From Mayamaea pseudoterrestris (lineage: Eukaryota), in assembly GCA_027923505.1 (NCBI GenBank), contig BROI01000014.1:372001-436000 (forward strand): a stretch of DNA of 64,000 bases, read 5' to 3'. This document shows, piece after piece, positions 20,108 to 30,531 of the stretch; position 1 is the stretch's first letter, and each line of letters opens with the position of its first letter. The notes below the pieces were generated by a model. It made no database searches. It saw only the letters and a program-made list of their open reading frames with translations, and was not told the origin of the DNA. The position numbers and the translations under genes are program-made.

Positions 20108-21397
20108 ATGTCAACGAGCACTATCTTCTCTTTGGACGAGCCTAGTGAACTGTCATTGCAGGAGTACCAAGATTTACTCTCGCAAATCCCAGAGCTGACG
20201 CTGGAGGATCGACAGTTGGAGCTTTGGGACGCTGCTCGTTACAATGACATTGACGTCGTGCGCGCCATACTAAAGGCTGCTCAGACTGAGAATACTAGCG
20301 ACATTATTAATTCAAAGCATCCAGAGACGGGAAACACTGCCCTGCACATGGCCTCGGCTAACGGAAACGTTGATATTGTAAAGTTGTTACTGCACCACAA
20401 TGCAAACGCTCAAATTACCAACGCTTCCGGAAACACTCCACTGCACTGGGCCGCATCCAATGGACAGGAGCAAGTCTGCCGCGTGCTACTGGAAAGCAGC
20501 AAGAGCATGGACGTTTTGCAGCGCAACGAGTTTGGTCGCAGTGCGCTGACCGAAGGCTTTGCCAGTGGACAGGAAGCTGTCATTCAGAGTCTTTTAGAGC
20601 ACGAGTCGGCGAGTGAGGAAAAACTGCTAAGTACTAGTGGTGGAAATGGCAACGCGGAGGCTGAAGGCAAGGAGCAGTCGGTGACTCATGAAATGGTGTT
20701 TGGGTCTGTCAAGCTAAAGGTGCGCGAGCTGTCCATGGCGGATAGCATTGACGATGCCATTTTGGGATCGGCCGACGACGATACAACTGGCCTTGGAGTA
20801 TGGCCGGCGTCGCTCGTTGCGGCACAGTGGGTGGCGCGTCATCAAAAATGGAGCAAGAGCGGAACGGTGCTTGAATTGGGTGCTGGATGCGGCGTTCCGT
20901 CGCTAGTGGCAGCATCTCTGTCGCTAGGGCAAGCAAAAGTATACGCGACTGATTGGAACATGAGGGCTTCAGAAAATCTCCAGTACAATGTGAATCTCAA
21001 TGAGCTAGCGATAGCGACGCAGTGCATGGACTGGAGCGATAGAGCAACATGGCCGCAGGAAAAGATTGATCTTTTGATTGGCTCCGATTTGATTTATACA
21101 ATTGAAAGTGTGCCCTTACTTGTTTCGACCGTTCAAGGCTTGCTGTCGCCATCTGGTCGCTTTCTGTATACTGCACCCGCTTCTTTGAATCGACAGGGGA
21201 AGGATGAATTCATTAAGCAAATGCAGGAGCACTTTGACATGACATCCGAGAAAGCTCCAGCCGATTATGCAGTGAACCCTTTGGCGAGTGGCGACGATGA
21301 TGAATGCTTTCTTCATTTTAACGAGCTGCAGACAACTGCATACATGCTGTACGAGTTTATTTGGAAAAAGGACACAATGGATATGGATGAGTCATAG
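20108..21397 (+). CDS. Ankyrin-repeat (Yar1-like) + family-16 SAM-dependent protein methyltransferase fusion
   Basis: Ankyrin motifs GNTALHMASANG and GNTPLHWAASNG. Methyltransferase motifs TTGLGVWPAS, VLELGAGCG, YATD and DLLIGSDLIY. Confidence 0.85.
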   Translation: MSTSTIFSLDEPSELSLQEYQDLLSQIPELTLEDRQLELWDAARYNDIDVVRAILKAAQTENTSDIINSKHPETGNTALHMASANGNVDIVKLLLHHNANAQITNASGNTPLHWAASNGQEQVCRVLLESSKSMDVLQRNEFGRSALTEGFASGQEAVIQSLLEHESASEEKLLSTSGGNGNAEAEGKEQSVTHEMVFGSVKLKVRELSMADSIDDAILGSADDDTTGLGVWPASLVAAQWVARHQKWSKSGTVLELGAGCGVPSLVAASLSLGQAKVYATDWNMRASENLQYNVNLNELAIATQCMDWSDRATWPQEKIDLLIGSDLIYTIESVPLLVSTVQGLLSPSGRFLYTAPASLNRQGKDEFIKQMQEHFDMTSEKAPADYAVNPLASGDDDECFLHFNELQTTAYMLYEFIWKKDTMDMDES

Positions 21398-21853
21398 AAA
21401 TGATGGACAAGCGTTAAGACTGTTGTTTCGCAATGTCGGTGGCGAGCATAAACCTTCCAACAGAGACTTGAAAATCGTGATTACCTACCAACGGTTTGAT
21501 AGTCTGTTTCGCTGGATCATATCTTTTTCTAGTACTACCGAACCGAAGCTTGGGAGTTTTTGTTGCTGCGGCGATGCCGATGCTGATTGCCCTTAAAGGA
21601 GAGCACATCTCGATATCGTGGTCTTTACACTACCGAATGTTCGCAAACGGCCGTTGTCACATGAAACAAAATTTTAAGCCAAACACAGAAGCACACGCGC
21701 GTTCAGCGATGAATGAGGTGCGGAAGAAAATTCCTGGCACAGCCGCACCGTTCTTTACCCCAAAGCATGAGTGAGACGATTGTTTTCTTCGAGTTTGCAG
21801 ATTTACTTTTTGCAATTCTCAAACTTTTTCATGCAAGCAAGCTCATTTGCACC

Positions 21854-23344
21854 ATGATCGTCGTACGCAACTCCAAAGAGGGCCAGCGCAATGGTCAATC
21901 TTCGCAGCCCAACTCACCAGCCGTCTACATGCATCCGCCTGTGCGAGCAACACATCCTGGAGCGAGTCCAGGCGCTAACGGGATATTCAAGGAAGGTTTG
22001 GGAGATGGTTCGAGACTTTCTCGTGAAGCATTGGGTCAAACGCTTCGAAATGACGGTCGCTTTTCAACTGACACTGATCGACTTGTCGGCATTGAACCGC
22101 CTGAAAGAAGCAGCAATTACAATGGCCAACTTGAACAGCAGACTCGGCCATACACCCATCGAACTGGGTTCACTCCACGCCCACCTCGTCCCACTATCTG
22201 GAGCAGCAGCAATAGTCACTACACTCGTCACCACCGACTCACACCCACCGCTCCGACTCGATGGCACCATCCGGCGACAGCGACTCCACGCGAGGCGCGA
22301 CGCACCACCCAGCAGCAGCTTTGGCCGGACAATCGCGCCTCCATCTCGGCATCAAGTAGTCGTCGTCCGACCTTTGCTGGTCACTCCACCAGCATTCCCA
22401 ACGGTAGTCGCCCGTGGGAATGGAAAAGCCAATCAGCATCACGAAATGGGCCACCGCCAGCACAATATGAACATCACTGTTCTCGACGAGAATGGAGCGC
22501 TGGTAAGAACAAAAGTTGGCTCACTGAAGGCCATGGCACATCTGCCTTTCCAAAAGAAAGCATTTTCGTTAGGCGAGATGCACCTGTGAATGAAGGCAAT
22601 GATTCTTCCATTACACGAGTAATTCCTCAGACTGACAAGCAGGTACACGAACATGAGACGAGAGAAGAGCGCATACAAGAGGACTCAGCGAAAGCCTCTG
22701 CAAAACGATCGAATGGGCTGGACATGCTCGGCCTATTATGCCAAGCCACTTTGGACGTAGGTCCAATGCAAGATAACCCAACGGGATGCAGCTGCCCCAA
22801 GTCAAAGTGTGTGGCTTTGTATTGCGACTGCTTCAAGGCTGGCCGGCGATGCGACGAACGAAATTGCGGTTGTGTGGGCTGCAAGAACACTTTGGCTGAG
22901 AGCGGTGCCGACGGAGCACGAACAAAAGCTATTCGTTCCATTTTGGCACGAAATCCGCGAGCGTTCTTGATGGCGGGTGTTTCTGCGGCCGAGAAGCGTG
23001 CTCCTCCAGGAGAGAATGCGTGCAATTGTATTCGCTCCCACTGCCTCAAGCTTTACTGCTCGTGCTTTCGCGTTGCTCGAACGTGCACGCAATCATGCAC
23101 ATGCGTTGGTTGCTCAAATAGGGATGATGACAGCGATCGAAAACTTGCTGTGCAGCTAGCTCTTGAGCGACGCTCTGACTGTTTCGACGTGCGAGTGCGC
23201 GAACCAGGTCTTGGTTGCGCTTGCAAGAATAATCGATGCATCCGAAAGTATTGTGAATGCTTTCGCAGCAACTTGGCATGCACAGGCAAGTGTACATGTC
23301 GGCAATGCGGAAACCGGACTTCGACTTTGTTGGAAGATGTGTGA
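21854..23344 (+). CDS. Tesmin/TSO1/LIN54-like CXC (CRC) domain protein with three CXC repeats
   Basis: CSCPKSKCVALYCDCF, RNPRAF linker, CNCIRSHCLKLYCSCF, CACKNNRCIRKYCECF. Start codon uncertain. Confidence 0.85.
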   Translation: MIVVRNSKEGQRNGQSSQPNSPAVYMHPPVRATHPGASPGANGIFKEGLGDGSRLSREALGQTLRNDGRFSTDTDRLVGIEPPERSSNYNGQLEQQTRPYTHRTGFTPRPPRPTIWSSSNSHYTRHHRLTPTAPTRWHHPATATPREARRTTQQQLWPDNRASISASSSRRPTFAGHSTSIPNGSRPWEWKSQSASRNGPPPAQYEHHCSRREWSAGKNKSWLTEGHGTSAFPKESIFVRRDAPVNEGNDSSITRVIPQTDKQVHEHETREERIQEDSAKASAKRSNGLDMLGLLCQATLDVGPMQDNPTGCSCPKSKCVALYCDCFKAGRRCDERNCGCVGCKNTLAESGADGARTKAIRSILARNPRAFLMAGVSAAEKRAPPGENACNCIRSHCLKLYCSCFRVARTCTQSCTCVGCSNRDDDSDRKLAVQLALERRSDCFDVRVREPGLGCACKNNRCIRKYCECFRSNLACTGKCTCRQCGNRTSTLLEDV

Positions 23345-23478
23345 GATGCTACAAGTATACCGGAAGTGGCGGAAAGAAGCATCGTTGTCGATTGTAAAAA
23401 GGATTTATAAATTTACTTGTAGAATTGCTTGATCGGTTGGTCAATTGTTAACCAATTCGTTACTTCACTCATGACAAG

Positions 23479-25062
23479 TTAGGTTGATGCGACTGCGGTA
23501 TCATCCGTGGAGTCGGGAGCTTCAAAAGTTGTAGCCTCATTCTTCACGTCACTCCCGACCTCCGACAAGATTCCACTTGGTTCGGGCAAGTCTGCAACGC
23601 TCCAACCCCGCTCGTCTCGCATTCGTCTGATTAACTGCAAATGATTGTTGGAATATTCGTCATACACTTTGCATCGCATTTGTGCTTCAATCTCCATTGC
23701 ATGTTTTAAAGCTTGCTGGTGCTCCTTCCTTGCAAACAGCTGAATCGCAGCTTGCCCCACGCGCAACGCCTCCTGCGGATCCAATGGAGGCAAACACAAG
23801 CTTGATACTGGTTGCAACATCTTTTTCAAGTGCGGCGGCATTTTGCGTGGCGGACAAATCCAGTACGGCCCAAAATTGGCATGCACACTTCCTCCCAAGT
23901 AAATGCTGGCAGCCGGATAGTAAGTTCCATGCTCAATGTTACTAAAGGCTTCTCCACCTTCCCGCTTGCCCCGCGCAATGACAAAATTTCCAAGCCCTTG
24001 TCCATTTTGAAAAAAGCGAATATGATTGTCAGTTCCATTTACTAAAATGGCACAACCAACAACATCATGTTGATGCAACTGATTCTCCGTATCATGCTTG
24101 CCTGCATACAACTGGTTCCAGTCCGCTTGTCGCTTGCTGGCGTGCACAATGCCGCCCGCGCTGCTAATGGCGTAGCTCCACTGGTCGTAGCCGACGGGGG
24201 CCTGCACGTCACCCGTCTTTTTGGAGAAGCCCAGGCGCACGTGGCCGCCAATGCGGCAGTAGTTGTTATTGCGTTGATTGTTGTTGTTGGTGTTGCTGTT
24301 ACTACTTGATGACACTTTGAGTTTCTTGCTTTCCGGTTCATCGTCATGCTCGCGCTGCTCCTGCTCGTCCACTTGCAACGCCGCTCGCAGGTGCTCCTCC
24401 AACTTTGGTCCAAGCCGTACGTTGGGCGGCAAGTTGGCAACAATCTCCTTGGCCGTTGGAAACGTTCCAATGACGCATTCAAAGTAGTACATGTTTGAAA
24501 CAGTTGCTGGTGCAGCAGTAGTATTCTTGTTACTGTGTGACGCGGCATAATGATGATTCATAGTATTCATATTAGTTTGCGCATTTTGCGGCTTGACGCC
24601 ATGCGACGCCTTGGCCATGCGATAACCTCGATACTGCGACGTTGTCAAATGCAGCTTGGTCGCAACGTCCGTTTTCAAAGGCGGACTGGCCATGTCGTGC
24701 TTGCTCCAGTGCACCCAGGGTGGATGATCCGTCAGCGATTTTTGGCTGGCGATTGATACGGTGCGTTGCAAGGTTTCAATTGATTGATCGAGTAAAAAGT
24801 TGACGGATGATTGCTGCTGCTGAAGTATACTTGATACTCCAGGAAAATGATTTGCTATCAAGGGAATCGCTTGTCGAACGCTCGATAGCGTGTTCGGATC
24901 AAGGGGAGAGGCTTGGGCTGCCTTCGATCGGCCCTTGGTAAAGTACTGATGTGCAGGTGCAGATGCAGAAGGCGCTGCTGCTGGAGGCGCAGCTGGAGCT
25001 GCATGAGTTTCTGGTTGTGACGAAGCTCTTGAGGAGGCGGATACGCTTTCATTGTCGTTCAT
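23479..25062 (-). CDS. ASH2: Set1/COMPASS subunit ASH2/Bre2-like SPRY protein
   Basis: GYRMAKASHGV, YYFE, GHVRLG, QAPVGYDQWSY, IRFFQNG, YYPAASIY, ANFGP. Confidence 0.85.
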   Translation of the reverse strand: MNDNESVSASSRASSQPETHAAPAAPPAAAPSASAPAHQYFTKGRSKAAQASPLDPNTLSSVRQAIPLIANHFPGVSSILQQQQSSVNFLLDQSIETLQRTVSIASQKSLTDHPPWVHWSKHDMASPPLKTDVATKLHLTTSQYRGYRMAKASHGVKPQNAQTNMNTMNHHYAASHSNKNTTAAPATVSNMYYFECVIGTFPTAKEIVANLPPNVRLGPKLEEHLRAALQVDEQEQREHDDEPESKKLKVSSSSNSNTNNNNQRNNNYCRIGGHVRLGFSKKTGDVQAPVGYDQWSYAISSAGGIVHASKRQADWNQLYAGKHDTENQLHQHDVVGCAILVNGTDNHIRFFQNGQGLGNFVIARGKREGGEAFSNIEHGTYYPAASIYLGGSVHANFGPYWICPPRKMPPHLKKMLQPVSSLCLPPLDPQEALRVGQAAIQLFARKEHQQALKHAMEIEAQMRCKVYDEYSNNHLQLIRRMRDERGWSVADLPEPSGILSEVGSDVKNEATTFEAPDSTDDTAVAST

Positions 25063-25287
25063 TGTTATTATTCAATTGTTGTGATACGTGAATTGAGTCG
25101 TCCAGCAAGCAAGCAACAAACGCTGCGAAAGAAAAAATAAATGAGCGCGCCATGGCGGGCTTTCGCGGTCACCGTCTGTCCGTCGTCATGAGCAAACCCG
25201 GAGGTGAATGACGTCGACAGGGAGGATCTTCCACTCGCGCCTCTCGTCATCCCCAGCAAGCCAACTTCACACCATCCTCCTTGCACC

Positions 25288-27003
25288 ATGGCGCTGCGTC
25301 TATCCCTCCGCAAGGTATGTCGAGAATGAATAGGAGATTGTAATAAGGGGCAAATGGAGCCTTTGAAAATTTAATAGCATGTCGCGCTGCCTTCGAGTTC
25401 TAGCAGCAGCCGACTCGCCGATCGGTCACTCGGTTTGACTCCAATTTTCACTAACTTTATCTTCACTTGCAAAAAATTAGCTCCCTTTCGGCAAGGCATC
25501 GTCCTTAATTAGCGCCGCCACTACAAGTCATGCATCATCATTAACCCGCGCACTCTCCGCTGTTGCTTCCGCCGACTTTCCCGACTATGTGCTCCGCGCT
25601 CCCACCACGGACGTGACGACGCTAGACAGCGGCCTCCGCGTCGCCTCGGAAACGGTCCAGGGCAGTGAAACGGCCACGGTCGGAGTGTGGATCGACGCGG
25701 GAAGTCGATACGAGACGGCGACAACGAATGGCGTCGCGCACTTTCTCGAGCACTTGGCCTTCAAAGGAACGCAGAAGCGAACGCAGCAACAACTCGAGGT
25801 GGAAATTGAAAACATGGGTGGACATTTGAATGCCTACACGAGTCGGGAGCAGACGGTTTACTTTGCCAAGGTGTTCAAGAATGATGTCGGCAAGGCTGTG
25901 GAGATTCTATCGGATATTTTGTTGAATAGCAAGCTTGATCCGGCGGCGATTGAGCGAGAGCGCGAAGTCATTCTGCGGGAAATGAGTGAAGTCAACAAGG
26001 AGCAGGAGGAACTAGTATTGGATCACTTGCATGCGACGGCGTTTCAAGGAACTGGTTTGGGACGTACCATTCTTGGACCGGAGGAAAATATTCGTAGTTT
26101 GAAGCAGAATGATCTGGTCAATTACATTCAACAGCATTACACGGCGCCGCGCATGGTCATTGCTGGCGCCGGAGCGATCAACCACACTGAACTTTGTGAG
26201 CTAGCGGACAGGCACTTTGGTCAGCTACCAAAGACACCGTCGAGTGGAGTTGACTTTGCCATGGAGCCGGCTGTGTTTACGGGAAGTGACTACTGGTAAG
26301 TTGCAATTCGTCGCTAGTCTGTTGAGAATGCACAACATCGTGTACGACTCTAACTTACTTTTGAATTTGACATCACCTTGTTTTCAGCGTCAAGTTCAAC
26401 TCTCAGGACACTGCCTACATTGCGCTCGCGTACGAGTCCGCCTCATGGACCTCGGAGTACGCCTTTCCGCTCATGCTCATGCAAGTCCTCTTGGGCTCGT
26501 ACAACCGCACCGAAGGTCTCGGCAAGAACCATGCCAGTCGCATGTGCCAAGAAATTGCCGAAAACGAGCTCGCCTACTCTGTCAGTACGTTCAACACTTG
26601 CTACAAGGACACTGGCTTGTTTGGAGTCTACATGGTTTGCCCCGACTTTAAAGTGGACGACCTCATGTGGCACGTGACAAACAACTTGGTCCGCCTCGTG
26701 CACAATCCTTCCGACGAGGAAGTGGAACGCGCCAAGCTCAACCTAAAGGCAATCATGCTCATGGGCCTCGACGGACATTCTAATGTAGCGGAAGACATTG
26801 GCCGACAATTGCTCACCTATGGTCGTCGCATGACACCAGCGGAAATCTTTAGCCGGATCGACGCCGTCACCAAGGATGATATTCGAGCAACCGCCGCCAA
26901 AGTTATCAACGATAAGGACCATGCGTTGGCCGCCGTGGGAGGTATTCACGAGTTGCCCGATTACCAGTGGATTCGTCGTCACTCGTACTGGCTGCGATAC
27001 TAG
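25288..27003 (+). CDS. PMPCB: Mitochondrial processing peptidase beta subunit, 3 exons (25288-25314, 25481-26295, 26388-27003)
   Basis: HFLEH (HxxEH) zinc motif, [23 protein letters not shown]-terminal YWLRY. Two GT-AG introns restore the frame. Mitochondrial-type presequence. Confidence 0.95.
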
Positions 27004-27020
27004 AATGGTAAAAAGTTTAA

Positions 27021-28001
27021 TTACTTTACAGGTAAATAAGGTAGGTAATACCGATAGGCATATGTCACTGTTAAGCATACAACGTTTTTACATAAATATT
27101 CCGGATGTCTGCCCTTGAATGGGTTTCCTTCCTGTTCCTGCCATGTGAAAGTATCCTCGACAGCAACTTGCGACAGTAGTTCAAGGTACTTTTGCTGATG
27201 CAGTCGTCTCTTGTTCCAACGTGAAAAGTATTGAGGGAACTGCCACTTCCATCTATCCTTGTCAGCGTTCCAACTAGCACGGTGCATGTTGTTCACTGTC
27301 GCAATTTCAATGGCGTACCTACCATGCCCAACTTTCTTCACATGCGAGTGCACTTTCGCCTTTTCTTCCAACCAGTTGGAATCGTTTTCTTTCTCCAACC
27401 TTTCAAAAGATGTAACGTGATAGTAATCCCAGTTCCTATAATGATCACAACTTGGACAGCATATTTGTATCTCGCCAAAAGTATCAATGGCTCGACGCTT
27501 CTCAATGTTTTCCAAAACATTTTGCCTGCGACCAGCAATGGCTTTGGCTGGACGCAGCGGGTGCACTTGAAACATCTTGGCAGCGTCGACAAAGTCGAAA
27601 CCGCTTTTGACAATCTTTTTTTGCAATTTATTCAAGTCAGAGCTCTTGCTGCCGCGACTTTTGTTATTGTCCGCGCCCTTTTCGGTTTGACTGAATAGGT
27701 AGGAAATTGTCTAATAAGCAAGTAGATCTTCGCAAGGGTCCGGATGAAAACCAAGCATGTCTTTTGTAAAATCGGCCAAGTTCTTAGGTACGGGGGGTAG
27801 CCGACGGTATGCGATATATTTCCGAAGCCTCTCGTACATAGTCACGAGAATAGTTGTTACGCCAGATCTGAGAACGATGCGATTTAAACATCGCAGCGTT
27901 GCTCGCATGCGTCCTTTTGAATGCAGAGTCATATAGCTTGCGCGTTTCTTCACATTCACCTTTTTCCGTTCCTTTCCGAGCAGCATAGTTGTCTTAGTCA
28001 T
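27021..28001 (-). pseudogene. Unknown coding-like frame interrupted by one in-frame TAG (possible pseudogene or unresolved spliced gene)
   Basis: ORFs 27711-28001 and 27021-27635 are in the same frame, separated only by TAG at 27711-27713 and 25 sense codons. Confidence 0.4.
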
Positions 28002-28355
28002 TCGTTCCGTTGAATCAAAAGCCGAGAGGATGTGAAACGCAAGTTCAGAATGCGATTCGCTTGGTTGCTGCTATAGATTTGTGGCCGGAAACCTGTTCCA
28101 AGGCGGCGAGTACTGCTGCAGTAAGCACAAACATACAAGGCTCTACGAACTGAGCTCCCTTTATATATGTTCGTCACCCTCCATGGTGATCGACGGATTT
28201 TTGTGCGAGTTCCCATGTTCAAGAAGCGAAGCGTCGCGACCCATTTCCGATCGATTTACTGTCGCACTGGTTTAAAGCGATTCCGATCAACACAACCTGC
28301 TGCTGTGAACCACATCATTTGTTTCAACTACGATAGCAAACAACAGCACAACACC

Positions 28356-30248
28356 ATGTCATCTTCTTCTTCATCGTCGTCACTCCTATCAATTCCAGCA
28401 GCCGACGTTTTGCGTCTCGTGCAGGCGCACTTACTGGAGGCGGGCTTGACGAAATCGGCACTCGCGCTTTCACAAGAATCCGGCGTTGGCTTGGCCGGGT
28501 CGCTCCAGCCACCGCAAAACTGGATCTTTCACTGCGAGTCAGGCAATTACGGCGTTGTGTTGGAGCAATTGAGTTTAATGGATCGCACCAGAACGAGAAT
28601 TAGTAACGATCTAGTGGCAGCCGTTCACGAGATGGCGATACTGGAGGTGGCCGAGGCGGGCGACTATCAGGTTGCGACAAGCATGCTGCGCGTCATGTAC
28701 AGTGAACTGCAGGACAGCATGGTGACTGTCACAAATAGTAGTGATGACTCTGTCAGCAGCATTTCGCGCGCGCGACTGCTGGAGCAAAAGCTGGCCGATT
28801 TGGCGAGTCGTCGTTCCAAACATCCAAACGCACCCGTTCCCACCGATTGGTACTACGCCGGCACCAAGCAGCAAATGCGTCAAGCGCTCGGCAAGAGGCT
28901 GGCCAAGAGCGTTCCACATCAACCGACCAAGCGATTGACGACGTTGCTGCAGCAAGCCATTCAGTGGCAAGCTTATACTGGAGAATTGCCGCAGATCAAG
29001 CAGTGGTGGGACGATGATGAAGATGAAGACGAGCAAGACAAGGAGCCAGCTGCGCAGCCGTCGCCGCCAAGGAAAAGGAAGCGAAAAAAGCTGTTTGATT
29101 TTGTGCTTGGAAATGTGTCGGTTGATCCAATGTCGTCTGTAGGAGGCGACGCCTCTACAAGCAACAGACTGCCCGGAAAACTGGAATCATGCGTCAAGGA
29201 TCCATACTCCGTCATTAAGCTTGGCAAAAGCGTGACTTGTGGATCCGCCGTTTTTCTTCCAGACTTATCTGGTCTAGTCACTGGGTCATCGGACGGTCTG
29301 ATTGAAATTTGGGACGCAGCGCAAGATTACTCGCAGCTAAAACTCGACTTGCCCTATCAGCGAGAGGAGCTCATGCTTGGACAAGACGCGGCAGTGACGG
29401 CGCTGGTTGTTTCCAACGACTGTCTCATGCTGGCCAGTGGCTCCGCGCAGGGGCGCATTGCCGTGTGGAGGATTGACACGGGCAAATGCCTTCGCACCAT
29501 GGTGGCACATGAGGCAAGTATATCCAGCCTTGCCTTTTCGCCGGATGCAAGCCACGTTCTGGCATCCAGTAGTAACGGTTTGGTGCGAGAGTTTGGGCTT
29601 CGGACGGCGCGCATGCTCAAGGAGTTTAATGGGCATGGCTCGTATGTTAGCCACGTTTCCTATCGGTTGGTTGGACAGCAGCTACTTGTCGTTACGGCTG
29701 GTGGTGACGGAATGGTGCGTCTCTACGACAGTTCGTCGCAGGAAGCGCTACGGATTCTACGGCCAATTTCGATTGGCGGATCCATGACCAAGACGGGGGC
29801 CTTGATTGTTGCCGACGAGCAGCAAGTTGGCGCTGCGGGGTCGACGGGGATCCATACTGTCTTGCATCTGCACACTCCAGCGTCGACCATGATTTTTGTA
29901 CCCAGAGGTCAACGAGCATTTCTGGTGAGCTACCAAGGGTTGGTGATGCGCACGTTTGAAGCTGCTGGCGTTGCTGACGATAAGGTTTTTGTGGCGGCGG
30001 CGTTGAGTCCATCGAATCAATTGCTCTATTGCACCAGGGAGGATGGCGTTTGTTGCATATTTGCCGTGCAGTCCGGTGAAATGGTGGAAACAATTAACGA
30101 TTTTGGTGAGCAATCTACTCGAGCGCCCAACGGTAGCTTGACTTTGCCCGAAATTTCCAGCATGCTGAGCCATCCTACCAAGAACATAATTGCTGCGTAC
30201 AGCAATGACGCTGGCCAAAGCCGAGGTCAGATCGTGCTATGGAAATAG
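28356..30248 (+). CDS. SMU1: WD40 splicing factor SMU1 (LisH/CTLH + WD40)
   Basis: ADVLRLVQAHLLE..LSQESGV (LisH), RLTTLLQQAIQWQ, GSSDGLIEIWD, MLKEFNGHGSYV, HPTKNIIAAYS..LWK. Confidence 0.9.
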   Translation: MSSSSSSSSLLSIPAADVLRLVQAHLLEAGLTKSALALSQESGVGLAGSLQPPQNWIFHCESGNYGVVLEQLSLMDRTRTRISNDLVAAVHEMAILEVAEAGDYQVATSMLRVMYSELQDSMVTVTNSSDDSVSSISRARLLEQKLADLASRRSKHPNAPVPTDWYYAGTKQQMRQALGKRLAKSVPHQPTKRLTTLLQQAIQWQAYTGELPQIKQWWDDDEDEDEQDKEPAAQPSPPRKRKRKKLFDFVLGNVSVDPMSSVGGDASTSNRLPGKLESCVKDPYSVIKLGKSVTCGSAVFLPDLSGLVTGSSDGLIEIWDAAQDYSQLKLDLPYQREELMLGQDAAVTALVVSNDCLMLASGSAQGRIAVWRIDTGKCLRTMVAHEASISSLAFSPDASHVLASSSNGLVREFGLRTARMLKEFNGHGSYVSHVSYRLVGQQLLVVTAGGDGMVRLYDSSSQEALRILRPISIGGSMTKTGALIVADEQQVGAAGSTGIHTVLHLHTPASTMIFVPRGQRAFLVSYQGLVMRTFEAAGVADDKVFVAAALSPSNQLLYCTREDGVCCIFAVQSGEMVETINDFGEQSTRAPNGSLTLPEISSMLSHPTKNIIAAYSNDAGQSRGQIVLWK

Positions 30249-30531
30249 TTTGTCAACATATTTTGTTTTTGTATATCGTCCGCCATCTTTTTAAATATGT
30301 CTACTCGTACATTTAATCTCGGTCGCTAAGTAAAGGAAGAAGGCACTGAATTCCCCCGGCTAATAGTCGACAAGACATCATGTTTTTGGCAGCGATGCAT
30401 GATTGTTCAAAAAATTTCCCGATTTTTGGTAAATATGATTGCTTCCTTCGGTATCACGGAGTTGCTTCACATATGCAAGGCTAACAGTTACTGTAGCAGT
30501 TACGTTAATAAGTTGTTTTTGTAGAAAGAAA

